Assembly (NCBI GenBank): GCA_964437885.1
Contig: CAYTIZ010000002.1
Span: 1 to 25,636, forward strand
DNA from: an uncultured Enterobacteriaceae bacterium
GTDB taxonomy: Bacteria > Pseudomonadota > Gammaproteobacteria > Eutrophobiales > Eutrophobiaceae
DNA: 25,636 nt
Direction: 5' to 3'
Both the position numbers and the translations under genes were made by a program. Numbering within the stretch: the first letter of the stretch is position 1; each line of letters starts with the position of its first letter. Below, in pieces: positions 16,984 to 25,636 of this stretch. The notes beneath the pieces were generated by a model. It saw only the letters and a list, made by a program, of their open reading frames with translations, searched no databases and was not told the DNA's origin.

Positions 16984-18423
16984 ATGATTTCAGTGCCCGG
17001 TATTGGCTCCGGATTAGATATTAATGCCATCGTCACAGGTCTTGTTGCCGCAGAAGGTGATGCAAAGACATTATTGCTGGCGAATAAGCGTACCGAAACA
17101 CAGGCGGAAATTTCTGTGTTTGGTAGTTTAAAAAGTTTGGCAGCAACGTTCTTAAGTTCTAGCACAATTATGAAAACAGCTTCTACCTTTGAAGCAAATT
17201 CTGTCACCACGGCTGATCCAAAAGTTTATACCGCAACAACATCCGGTTCCGTTGCTGCAGGTGTATATGGCATTGAAGTCAGAGACTTTGCCGAAGCGCA
17301 TAAATTACTAACAAGCGGTTTTACTGATCAAGATACAGTGGTTGGTACCGGTACCTTGACTATATCAGTAGGTGCATCAAGTTTTGATGTAATCATAGAT
17401 AGTAATAATGACACGCTTGCAGAGATACGCAGTGCAATTAATGATGCAACGGATAATACCGGTGTTTCTGCAACGATTGTAAATGTAGATGATGGTGCCG
17501 GTGGTACCGTTGCAAAACTTATTTTGAGTTCCGATAAAACTGGTGTTGCCAATGCTATAACAGTCACTGTTGACGATGATGATCTGGGTGATACCGATGC
17601 CTCAGGTTTATCCGCTTTTTATTACGATACAACTGATGCAACCTCGCCGGAACAATTAACTCAAATCAATGCAGCTATCGATGCAGAAATTTATATAGAA
17701 GGTCAAAAAGTATTAAGTTCATCGAATACCGTTGTCGATGCAATTCAGGGCGTTACCTTGACCTTGTTAAAAGAAGATTTAGGTACAGTATATGACCTGA
17801 CCATAGCAACGGACACAGCATCAATTAAAAGTAATATTGAGTTGTTTGTATCAAATTACAACTCAATGGTTTCATTCATGAAAAACATTACTGCTTATAA
17901 TGCTGATACAGGTGCGGTCGGTATATTATTGGGCGATGCAACTGTCCGCAGTCTCAGTAACCAGATTCGTGGCCAGATTAATCAATCAGTGACCGGTATC
18001 AGCGGTATATATAAAACGCTTGTTGATCTGGGAATAACAGGCTCAAGCAGTGTCGGAACAAGTGATGGCACGTTGATTATTGATGATGCCAAGCTGGATA
18101 AGGCTTTAAGTACTAATCTGGATGATGTTGCTGAACTGTTTTCTGCTACAGATGGTGTCGCCACACGGATGGCAACGACCCTGACACAGTACACTCAAGT
18201 CTCTGGAATTATCGATAACAAAACCTCAGGTTTGACTAACACCATAAATGATATAGATGATGATCTGGAAAGCCTGGCTTTGTCATTAACCGCACTCGAA
18301 GAACGTTTGTTCTCCCAATTTTCAGCATTGGATATTATTTTAGCACAACTGAATACGACCAGTAATTTTTTGACGCAACAGTTTGACATGCTTAACGGTT
18401 TATTTAATGGCTCAAATAATTAG
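16984..18423 (+). CDS. fliD: Filament cap protein FliD
   Basis: 'PGIGSGLDINAIVTGLV', 'SSSNTVVDAIQGVTLTL', 'LLGDATVRSL' and 'EERLFSQFSALD'. Confidence 0.97.
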   Translation: MISVPGIGSGLDINAIVTGLVAAEGDAKTLLLANKRTETQAEISVFGSLKSLAATFLSSSTIMKTASTFEANSVTTADPKVYTATTSGSVAAGVYGIEVRDFAEAHKLLTSGFTDQDTVVGTGTLTISVGASSFDVIIDSNNDTLAEIRSAINDATDNTGVSATIVNVDDGAGGTVAKLILSSDKTGVANAITVTVDDDDLGDTDASGLSAFYYDTTDATSPEQLTQINAAIDAEIYIEGQKVLSSSNTVVDAIQGVTLTLLKEDLGTVYDLTIATDTASIKSNIELFVSNYNSMVSFMKNITAYNADTGAVGILLGDATVRSLSNQIRGQINQSVTGISGIYKTLVDLGITGSSSVGTSDGTLIIDDAKLDKALSTNLDDVAELFSATDGVATRMATTLTQYTQVSGIIDNKTSGLTNTINDIDDDLESLALSLTALEERLFSQFSALDIILAQLNTTSNFLTQQFDMLNGLFNGSNN

Positions 18424-18473
18424 ACATAAATAATTATTGACATGATAAAAATTAAAATTAGAGAGGCAAGATA

Positions 18474-18914
18474 ATGGATAATCCTAATATGGGAAATATT
18501 CTCGCATTGAAAGAATATAATAGAGTCAATCTTCAAACGGGTGTTGAAAATGCCTCGCCACATCATCTTATTCAAATGTTGATTGATGGTGCTTTATCAA
18601 GACTTGCTCAGGCCAAGGGGCATATGAAAGCAACCTCTATTAGTCAAAAAGGTGAAGATATTAGTATGGCGATATCCATTATTGGTGGATTACGCGATAG
18701 TCTGGATCATGATAAAGGCGGAGCCATAGCCAGTAATCTTGATAGTTTGTATGAATACATGAGTAATCGATTAATGGAATCAAATGTAAAAAACGATGTT
18801 GCAATCATTGACGAAGTTCATGATCTATTAATGGAGATTAAACTCGCATGGGATGGTATTGCTCATCATCAGGAAGTAGTCGGAGAAGCAAAACAAGTAG
18901 AACCCGCAGCCTGA
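18474..18914 (+). CDS. fliS: Flagellin chaperone FliS
   Basis: 'ASPHHLIQMLIDGA', 'LRDSLDHDKGGAIASNLDSLYEYM' and 'EIKLAWDGI'. Confidence 0.97.
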   Translation: MDNPNMGNILALKEYNRVNLQTGVENASPHHLIQMLIDGALSRLAQAKGHMKATSISQKGEDISMAISIIGGLRDSLDHDKGGAIASNLDSLYEYMSNRLMESNVKNDVAIIDEVHDLLMEIKLAWDGIAHHQEVVGEAKQVEPAA

Positions 18915-19231
18915 TGATGCATTCAAATACTCAAGATGTTAATTCAATTATTAGTTCGGGCGAGCAACTATACGAGTTAGCAAAAGATTTTGAATTAACT
19001 GAACTCGAAGAGAAAATACCTGAATACATCAAGGCTATTCAACAACACTTTGTTAATCTTGATGAGAATAAACTGACTTATCGTGATTTTGAAGATGTAA
19101 AAAAAATAATGTCGCTGCATAAAATGATTACAAGTTTACTCAATGGGAAAAAAGTAGAGATTTCCAATAACATTAAACAACTGCATAGTGGCAAAAAGAT
19201 GCAGAATACCTATCCGCAAACGAGCTACTAA
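18914..19231 (+). CDS. fliT: FliT-like chaperone (105 aa)
   Basis: TGATG overlap with the fliS stop. Helical, with a C-terminal 'QLHSGKKMQNTY' like FliT. Synteny fliD-fliS-fliT-fleQ. Confidence 0.65.
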   Translation: MMHSNTQDVNSIISSGEQLYELAKDFELTELEEKIPEYIKAIQQHFVNLDENKLTYRDFEDVKKIMSLHKMITSLLNGKKVEISNNIKQLHSGKKMQNTYPQTSY

Positions 19232-19312
19232 TAATAAAAATAGTTGATTAAGGGCTTCGAGCTTAGTTTCCTGCTTTTACCAATTCCACCTAAGAGTTTG
19301 TCCTTAATGCGC

Positions 19313-19350
19313 GACAAAATTTTGACATTGTTAGTTGCAACTGCTTAACT
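19313..19350 (+). promoter_or_regulatory. Putative sigma70-type fleQ promoter (TTGACA at 19322-19327) overlapped by a FleQ-box-like element
   Basis: Perfect -35 hexamer. The -10 is poor (TTAACT at 17 nt, preceded by TG). GACAAAATTTTGAC overlaps the -35. Confidence 0.45.
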
Positions 19351-19396
19351 ATGCCCTAAAAGTAAAAATAACTTTATAGGATTAGGGGGCGCTCTT

Positions 19397-20824
19397 GTGA
19401 CAGAGCTAAGTAATAAAGTCGTTATCATTGATAGTGTTGCTAAAACGCGTAGTCATATTACTGCAGTTATGGATTTTATGGGTTATGAAACCATACAAAT
19501 TACCGAGCCTACTAATTGGCAATCTAAATTTGATAAATCTGACGGCATCATTATGGTTGTACTTGGCCATTGCGGTACAAACAAGGATTTGTTATCTGTC
19601 TTTAGAGGCATAAAATCAATAGATGCTTACTTGCCGATTATTCTTCTGAATAATCCAGAATCTAAAACGAGTTTTAATCAGGAAATGGATATTGGTTCTA
19701 TTGCCTCGATTGAACTGCCATTACGTTATCAAAAACTGGAACCTGTATTACAACAAGTAAAAATTTATCGCCAAACTCGACATGAGGATGGTAGTCCGCG
19801 TTCAATGGAATTGTTTCGTAGTATGGGTGGAAAAAGCAAGTCGGTTAAACGGGTACGACGTATGGTTGAAAAAGTAGCAGACACTGCTGCCAATGTTTTG
19901 ATTACGGGTGACTCTGGTTCAGGCAAGGAAGTTGTTGCTCGTAATATTCATTATCAATCGTCAAGAAGAAACAAACCGTTTGTTCCTATTAATTGCGGTG
20001 CAATTCCAGTGGATTTATTAGAAAGCGAGTTGTTCGGGCATGAGAAGGGTGCGTTTACCGGCGCGATAAGTACGCGCCAGGGACGTTTCGAGATGGCAGA
20101 AGGAGGAAGCTTGTTCCTCGATGAAATAGGTGATATGAGCTTATCTATGCAAGTGAAGTTGCTTCGCGTACTACAGGAACGAACCTTTGAGCGCGTTGGC
20201 AGCAATAAAACAATTGCTGCTGATGTGCGAATCATTGCTGCCACGCATGTTAATTTGGAAAAAGCGATTGCAGCAGGAAGTTTTCGTGAAGATCTATTTT
20301 ATAGATTGAATGTTTTTCCGATTGAAATGCCGGCATTAAGAGATCGTACCGAAGATTTACCTATGCTAATTAGTGATTTGACTGAACGACTAGAGAATGA
20401 AGGTGGTGTTGGCATATCGCTAACACAATCAGCGATAGATTCTTTGGCACATTACTCGTGGCCGGGGAATGTACGTGAACTTGCAAATCTCATCGAACGT
20501 CTTTCTATTCTCTATCCTAATGGTGTTATCGATGTGCACGATATCCCTGAAAAATATCAGGCAAAAACAATATTGGAAAACTTGCCGACGGAAGATAATG
20601 TTGAAACTGATATGCAATTACGTATGCCAAGATTGCCTAAGAGTGGCGTTGACTTGAAAGACCATGTTAATTCAATTGAATCCAGTCTTATAAAACAAGC
20701 ATTGGATGAATCAAATGGTGTTGTTGCGCATGCGGCCAAGCGTTTAAATATGGGACGCACAACATTAGTTGAAAAAATGCGAAAGCTGGGTATGCAACGC
20801 AAAGAAACAGCGTCGGGAATTTGA
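19397..20824 (+). CDS. fleQ: Flagellar master regulator FleQ/FlrA (sigma54 activator)
   Basis: Degenerate REC-like N-domain, 'LFRS', Walker A GDSGSGKE, GAFTGA, 'LFLDEIGDM', 'WPGNVREL' and C-terminal HTH. GTG start. Confidence 0.95.
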   Translation: MTELSNKVVIIDSVAKTRSHITAVMDFMGYETIQITEPTNWQSKFDKSDGIIMVVLGHCGTNKDLLSVFRGIKSIDAYLPIILLNNPESKTSFNQEMDIGSIASIELPLRYQKLEPVLQQVKIYRQTRHEDGSPRSMELFRSMGGKSKSVKRVRRMVEKVADTAANVLITGDSGSGKEVVARNIHYQSSRRNKPFVPINCGAIPVDLLESELFGHEKGAFTGAISTRQGRFEMAEGGSLFLDEIGDMSLSMQVKLLRVLQERTFERVGSNKTIAADVRIIAATHVNLEKAIAAGSFREDLFYRLNVFPIEMPALRDRTEDLPMLISDLTERLENEGGVGISLTQSAIDSLAHYSWPGNVRELANLIERLSILYPNGVIDVHDIPEKYQAKTILENLPTEDNVETDMQLRMPRLPKSGVDLKDHVNSIESSLIKQALDESNGVVAHAAKRLNMGRTTLVEKMRKLGMQRKETASGI

Positions 20825-20890
20825 CGTAGTATTGTTTGCTCCATGTTAGTAAGCAAGCGCAAATGCTTGTATTTATTAGGATAAACTCAA

Positions 20891-20906
20891 TGGCATAGTC
20901 TTTGCT
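20891..20906 (+). promoter_or_regulatory. sigma54 promoter of fleSR (probably continuing into fliEFG)
   Basis: TGGCATAGTCTTTGCT = GG-N10-GC, 37 nt before the fleS ATG. Confidence 0.85.
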
Positions 20907-20943
20907 CTCACCTAAGTAATCTTTTTACTTTTTTTGGTGAGAA

Positions 20944-22128
20944 ATGTCACAGCAACAATTATCTAGAAAACCTGAATTAGCCAAGACAGAGTTGCTAGAG
21001 CAGGCTTTTCAACACTTCAACGAAGTTTCTTCATCATTAACCGGCTTTTATGAAGGTCTGGAACAACAAGTCTCTCTATTAAGTAAGGAACTCGCTGATA
21101 CACGTTCCCAGAAAAATCGTGAATATGAAGAACGTGAGCGCGTAAGTAAACGTCTTGAAAACCTTTTACGTGCATTGCCCGGTGGGGTTATTGTTATTGA
21201 TGGTGAAGGGATTGTTCGGGAGTGCAATCCTGCTGCGATAGAATTACTTGGCGTTCCCTTGTTTGGAGAATGTTGGCGTGATGTTGTTGCGCGGGCGTTT
21301 AAACCGCAATGGGATGATGGTCATGATGTAACCTTGCATGATGGTCGCTATGTTAATATTTCTACACAATCACTGGATTCAGAGCCGGGACAAATACTGC
21401 TTATCACGGATGTAACCGAGACTCGACAACTACAGGAACAAATCTCTGGTTTAAAACGCATTTCTGCTATGGGTGAAATGGCAGCTGCATTAGCTCATCA
21501 GATTCGAACGCCACTTTCCTCTGCTTTACTCTATGTTTCAAACCTCGGTGTAAGCAAACTTGATAATGAACGTCGACAACGTTTTACCAAAAAAACGATG
21601 TCGGCATTACAGCACCTGGAAACTCTGGTTGAAGAAATGTTGTTGTTTGCCCGTGGCGATCGTTTGAAGACCAATCCTGCAAATATTGTTGATGTAATTA
21701 GCGATTTCATCGATCAGCAACACGACGAGATGGAAAATTGTAGTTTAAATATTACATTTAATAATAATATTTCAGATATGCAGGTTAATTTGAGTTGTGA
21801 TGCTTTTAAAAGCGCACTTCAAAATATATTAAATAATGCCTGTCAGGCTGCTGGTGATGCAGTTAACTTAAACATTGATTTGCAACACAATCAGTCGGAT
21901 CAGATTCTGTTGAAAATTACAGATAATGGCCCTGGCATTCCTGATTCAATTAAATCAAGAATATTTGAACCCTTTATAACGACACGCACAAGTGGAACTG
22001 GTCTTGGCCTTGCTGTTGTCGATACTGTTATTCGCGCGCATAAGGGAACCATTACTGTAGAAGATGCACCTGAGTCGGGTACGTGTTTCACAATATGTTT
22101 GCCACTTTATAGCAAAGACAATACGTAA
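20944..22128 (+). CDS. fleS: Cytoplasmic PAS histidine kinase FleS/FlrB
   Basis: Coiled-coil N-terminus, PAS 'ALPGGVIVIDGEGIVRECNPAA', H-box 'AHQIRTPLSS', 'DNGPGIP' and 'GTGLGLAVV'. No transmembrane segment seen. Confidence 0.95.
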   Translation: MSQQQLSRKPELAKTELLEQAFQHFNEVSSSLTGFYEGLEQQVSLLSKELADTRSQKNREYEERERVSKRLENLLRALPGGVIVIDGEGIVRECNPAAIELLGVPLFGECWRDVVARAFKPQWDDGHDVTLHDGRYVNISTQSLDSEPGQILLITDVTETRQLQEQISGLKRISAMGEMAAALAHQIRTPLSSALLYVSNLGVSKLDNERRQRFTKKTMSALQHLETLVEEMLLFARGDRLKTNPANIVDVISDFIDQQHDEMENCSLNITFNNNISDMQVNLSCDAFKSALQNILNNACQAAGDAVNLNIDLQHNQSDQILLKITDNGPGIPDSIKSRIFEPFITTRTSGTGLGLAVVDTVIRAHKGTITVEDAPESGTCFTICLPLYSKDNT

Positions 22129-22166
22129 TTTTTACAAAAATAATTTGATTATTAACAGGAGTTACT

Positions 22167-23525
22167 ATGAGTTATTCGGTATTGATAGTTGAGGATGACA
22201 ATGATTTGCGTGAAGCGTTGAAAGAAACACTGACAATGGCAGGTTATGTTCCTGAAACTGCAATTAATGGTGAAGATGCACTTGACGTTATTCAGGAAAA
22301 ATCTATAGACATGGTTATTAGCGATGTACAAATGGCGAAAATGGATGGCATCAAGTTATTAAAGCGAATTAAAACAATTCAAGTTGACCTGCCAGTCATT
22401 TTAATGACTGCCTTTGGAACGATTCAACAGGCTGTAGATGTGATGCAAACTGGCGCGGTTGATTATTTGGTTAAACCATTTCAGCCAGAAGTGTTGGTAA
22501 GTAAGGTGAGCCAATTTTTACCGACAGTATTAACTGAAACGAATGCAGGCTTTATTGCGATAGACTCAAAAACACAAGAACTTATGGAAATAGCAAAACG
22601 CGTCGCTGATAGTGATGCAACCTTGCTTATCTCGGGTGAAAGCGGAACCGGTAAAGAAGTGATGGCTCAGTATATTCATAAACAATCAAATCGAAGCAAG
22701 CAAGCTTTCGTTGCTATTAATTGTGCCGCTATTCCTGAAAATATGCTGGAAGCAATTTTATTTGGCTATCAAAAAGGGGCTTATACCGGCGCTTATAAAG
22801 CATGCCCTGGTAAATTCGAACAAGCGCAAAATGGAACATTGTTGCTCGATGAAATTTCTGAAATGAGTCTGGCATTACAGGCAAAATTACTGCGTGTTCT
22901 TCAGGAAAAAGAAGTTGAACGATTAGGTGATCAGAATTCAATCGCATTAAATGTAAGAGTCATTGCGACTTCAAATAGAAACATGCGAAAGGAAGTGATA
23001 GCGGGATTATTTCGTGAAGATTTATATTATCGTTTGAATGTTTTTCCTATCAAAATGCCAGCATTGCGTGAGCGTAAAGATGACATTGTTCCTATAGCAA
23101 AATATTTATTGGCGCGCGCAGCATCTGAAAATAATGTTTTATGTCCTGAAATATCTTCTGATGTATGTAAAACACTACAAACTTATTCCTGGCCTGGTAA
23201 TGTCCGTGAATTGGATAACGTAATGCAACGCGCATTAATTCTTCAGGCTTCAGGTTTGATAACAGAAAATGAAATTCAATTTGAACACCATTCTTTTCAG
23301 GAAACAGTAGAGCCAAATGAGTACAGCAATGATATTGATTTAAATAAAGAGTGTACATTGGGAGATGACCTTAAAGATCGTGAACAAAATATGATTATTG
23401 AGGTGTTGAAGGAAACAATGGGTAGCCGAAAGTGTGCAGCAGAAAAATTAGGTATAAGTCCACGAACTTTGCGTTATAAATTAGCAAAAATGCGTGAGCG
23501 CGGTGTCGCTATCCCACTTAATTAA
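22167..23525 (+). CDS. fleR: sigma54-dependent response regulator FleR/FlrC
   Basis: REC ('LIVEDD', 'SDVQM'), AAA+ (GESGTGKE, GAYTGA, 'LLDEISEM') and HTH 'AAEKLGISPRTLRYKL'. Confidence 0.95.
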   Translation: MSYSVLIVEDDNDLREALKETLTMAGYVPETAINGEDALDVIQEKSIDMVISDVQMAKMDGIKLLKRIKTIQVDLPVILMTAFGTIQQAVDVMQTGAVDYLVKPFQPEVLVSKVSQFLPTVLTETNAGFIAIDSKTQELMEIAKRVADSDATLLISGESGTGKEVMAQYIHKQSNRSKQAFVAINCAAIPENMLEAILFGYQKGAYTGAYKACPGKFEQAQNGTLLLDEISEMSLALQAKLLRVLQEKEVERLGDQNSIALNVRVIATSNRNMRKEVIAGLFREDLYYRLNVFPIKMPALRERKDDIVPIAKYLLARAASENNVLCPEISSDVCKTLQTYSWPGNVRELDNVMQRALILQASGLITENEIQFEHHSFQETVEPNEYSNDIDLNKECTLGDDLKDREQNMIIEVLKETMGSRKCAAEKLGISPRTLRYKLAKMRERGVAIPLN

Positions 23526-23558
23526 ATATCATGGGTATATACAAAAAAGGAACAAACA

Positions 23559-23879
23559 ATGAGCGAAATTAATATGGATCAACTGTTAATACAGATGCGA
23601 GCCATGTCAGACAAGGCGAGTGGTATTAATCAAACAGCTATAGATAAAGGTAATAGCCCGGATTTTTCCAATATGTTTAAAAATGCGGTAAATCAAGTCA
23701 ATGAGTTACAACAACATGCAGGTGAACTGAAAACTCAGTTTGAATTAGGAAATTCGAACATTGATATCGCAGATGTGATGATTAAATCTCAGGTGGCTAC
23801 AATTTCCTTTCAGGCAATGACACAGGTACGAAATAAATTAGTCAAGGCGTATCAAGAAATCATGAATATGTCAGTTTAA
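23559..23879 (+). CDS. fliE: Hook-basal body protein FliE
   Basis: 'FSNMFKNAVNQVNELQ...FQAMTQVRNKLVKAYQEIMNM'. Confidence 0.97.
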   Translation: MSEINMDQLLIQMRAMSDKASGINQTAIDKGNSPDFSNMFKNAVNQVNELQQHAGELKTQFELGNSNIDIADVMIKSQVATISFQAMTQVRNKLVKAYQEIMNMSV

Positions 23880-23906
23880 TAATCATAACTAATTGAGTTA
23901 AGAATA

Positions 23907-25532
23907 ATGTCAGAATCAGTTTTAATTTCAGCGGATGTGAGACGAGCACTTTTCATTCGCCAGATAATGTTTTTATTTGCTATCGCAGCAAGTGTCGCGA
24001 TAGGCGTATATGTTGTGCTTTGGTCACAAAAGCCAAATTACAGTCTATTGTACGGAAGTTTGTCTAATCAGGATGCTTCGCAGGTACTTGAATCTTTGCA
24101 AAAGGCAAATATCGAATATCAAGTTGACCCAAATTCCGGGGCAGTGATGGTCGCATCATCGAAAGTTCATGAAGCAAGAATGAGTCTGGCTGCAGAAGGT
24201 TTACCGAGAAGTGCCAATAGTGGTTTTTCCATTCTTAGTGAAGAACAAAAACTGGGCACCAGTCAATTCATGGAAAAGGCACGTTATCAGCATGCCCTGG
24301 AAAACGAATTGGCATTGTCTATTATACAGATTAAATCTGTTAAAGCGGCAAGAATTCATCTTGCCTTGCCTAAGGAGAGTGTTTTCTTACGTAATCGTAA
24401 AGCAGCAAGTGCTTCAGTTTTGCTCGATCTTTATCCCGGACATCGTCTGGAAATAGGTCAGGTTGCTGCTATTGCCAATCTTGTTGCATCCAGTGTGCCG
24501 AATCTGGAATTGTCTAAGGTCAGTATTGTTGACCAACATGGACGTTTAATGAGCCAAAATCAGTCATCTGCTCAATTAGCCGCGACGGCATCTCAATTTC
24601 AATATGCAACGCAGGTTGAAAGTTCTTACATAAAACGAATCGAGAATATTTTGATCCCTTTGCTAGGTCCAGATGGTATTAAGGCACAGGTAACCGCTGA
24701 AATGGACTTTACCAGTACGGAACAAACTCGCGAATCTTATAATCCTGATATGGCAGCTTTGCGTAGTGAACAATTAGAAGAAGATAGTAGTTCTTCTTCT
24801 CGCTCTGGTAGTGGTGGCGTGCCTGGCGCTTTGTCGAATCAACCGGGCATTGATGGAACTGCACCTGAAATTGTTAGTGAAAGTGGGTCAAGTGAAAGAC
24901 AATCCGGTTCTGGCAGTATGCAACGTCGTTCTACACGTAATTATGAATTGGATAAAACAATTAGTCATACGCGTCTAGCCACAGGAAGTCTGCTTCGATT
25001 ATCTGTTGCGGTTGTAATTGATTACAAAAAAAGTCTGGATGATAAGGGTGAAATTATTCGAGTAGAGCATACGCCAGAAGAATTAGAGCAGATTACAAAT
25101 CTGGTAAAAGAAACCATCGGTTTTAATGTCCTTCGCGGCGATAGTGTCAACGTTATGAACTCACCATTTAGTTTACCTGAAGCAATAGAACCATTACCTG
25201 AAGTGCCCCTTTGGCAACAAGCCTGGGTATGGGATATTGTCAAGCAAGTACTTGGTGGATTATTCGTATTGTTTCTGGTTTTTGGAATATTAAAACCGGC
25301 TATCAAGAATATGATGAGTAAGGAAATCACATTGCACCAAACAGCTTTAGCTGGTCCTGACGGCGGTGTTGCAGGTCAATTGACAGCAGGTGAAAATCCA
25401 CATGCTACAGAAATGAAAGCACTTGAAGCAGTTCCTGAATATGATAAATCAATTAGCAATGTTAAGGAGATGGTTAATACTGATCCAAAACTTGCTGCTC
25501 AGGTAGTACGTAACTGGGTAGGAGAGGATTAG
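23907..25532 (+). CDS. fliF: MS-ring protein FliF
   Basis: Two TM segments, 'VHEARMSLAAEGLP', 'ALENELALSI', 'GGVPGALSNQP', 'RNYELDKTISH' and 'DPKLAAQVVRNWV'. Confidence 0.97.
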   Translation: MSESVLISADVRRALFIRQIMFLFAIAASVAIGVYVVLWSQKPNYSLLYGSLSNQDASQVLESLQKANIEYQVDPNSGAVMVASSKVHEARMSLAAEGLPRSANSGFSILSEEQKLGTSQFMEKARYQHALENELALSIIQIKSVKAARIHLALPKESVFLRNRKAASASVLLDLYPGHRLEIGQVAAIANLVASSVPNLELSKVSIVDQHGRLMSQNQSSAQLAATASQFQYATQVESSYIKRIENILIPLLGPDGIKAQVTAEMDFTSTEQTRESYNPDMAALRSEQLEEDSSSSSRSGSGGVPGALSNQPGIDGTAPEIVSESGSSERQSGSGSMQRRSTRNYELDKTISHTRLATGSLLRLSVAVVIDYKKSLDDKGEIIRVEHTPEELEQITNLVKETIGFNVLRGDSVNVMNSPFSLPEAIEPLPEVPLWQQAWVWDIVKQVLGGLFVLFLVFGILKPAIKNMMSKEITLHQTALAGPDGGVAGQLTAGENPHATEMKALEAVPEYDKSISNVKEMVNTDPKLAAQVVRNWVGED

Positions 25533-25534
25533 AA

Positions 25535-25636
25535 ATGGCCGCACCTGCTAAAAGTAACTCACTCGATCCTACACAAAAAGCAGCGGTCTTATTAATGACC
25601 ATTGGTGAAGATTCAGCGGCTGAAATCATGAAACAT
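25535..25636 (+). CDS. fliG: Motor switch protein FliG, partial (5' end)
   Basis: MAAPAKSNSLDPTQKAAVLLMTIGEDSAAEIMKH matches the FliG N-terminal 'KAAxLLxxxGExxAAEVxKH'. Begins 2 nt after the fliF stop. Confidence 0.92.
   Translation, partial: MAAPAKSNSLDPTQKAAVLLMTIGEDSAAEIMKH

Noticed and set aside
18437-18458. TTGACA upstream of fliS
   Set aside because: The nearest -10-like hexamer (TAAAAT) is only 10 nt away, and there is none at 16-18 nt.
22776-22793. GAYTGA instead of GAFTGA in FleR
   Set aside because: Known functional variant among sigma54 activators.
1-25636. Mobile elements, CRISPR arrays, tRNA/rRNA, frameshifted genes
   Set aside because: No transposase/integrase ORFs, no repeat-spacer arrays and no RNA-gene signatures. 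All recognised flagellar ORFs are full length apart from the edge truncations.

Overview
An intact, AT-rich gammaproteobacterial flagellar cluster of the Pseudomonas/Vibrio polar type (FleQ-FleSR-sigma54-sigma28 hierarchy). Minus strand: an unknown 102-aa ORF, then flgA, flgM, flgN and the start of another ORF that runs off the left edge. Plus strand: cheV-cheR, flgBCDEFGHI, flgJKL, one flagellin (fliC), flaG, fliD, fliS, fliT, fleQ, fleS, fleR, fliE, fliF and the 5' end of fliG. I found no mobile element genes, RNA genes, CRISPR arrays or pseudogenes. The genes are conventional, and I see no clearly new multi-gene system. The most unusual items are (1) an orphan ORF inserted between the sigma54 promoter and flgA, (2) a heptamer-repeat/inverted-repeat element between cheR and flgB, (3) a separate sigma54 promoter that splits flgJKL from flgB-I, and (4) readable regulatory DNA: two sigma54 core subtypes, candidate FleQ and FleR sites, and a fliC promoter with tandem sigma28 sites, phased repeats and a T9 spacer tract. 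All gene and motif calls come from manual recognition. No database search or folding calculation was run.
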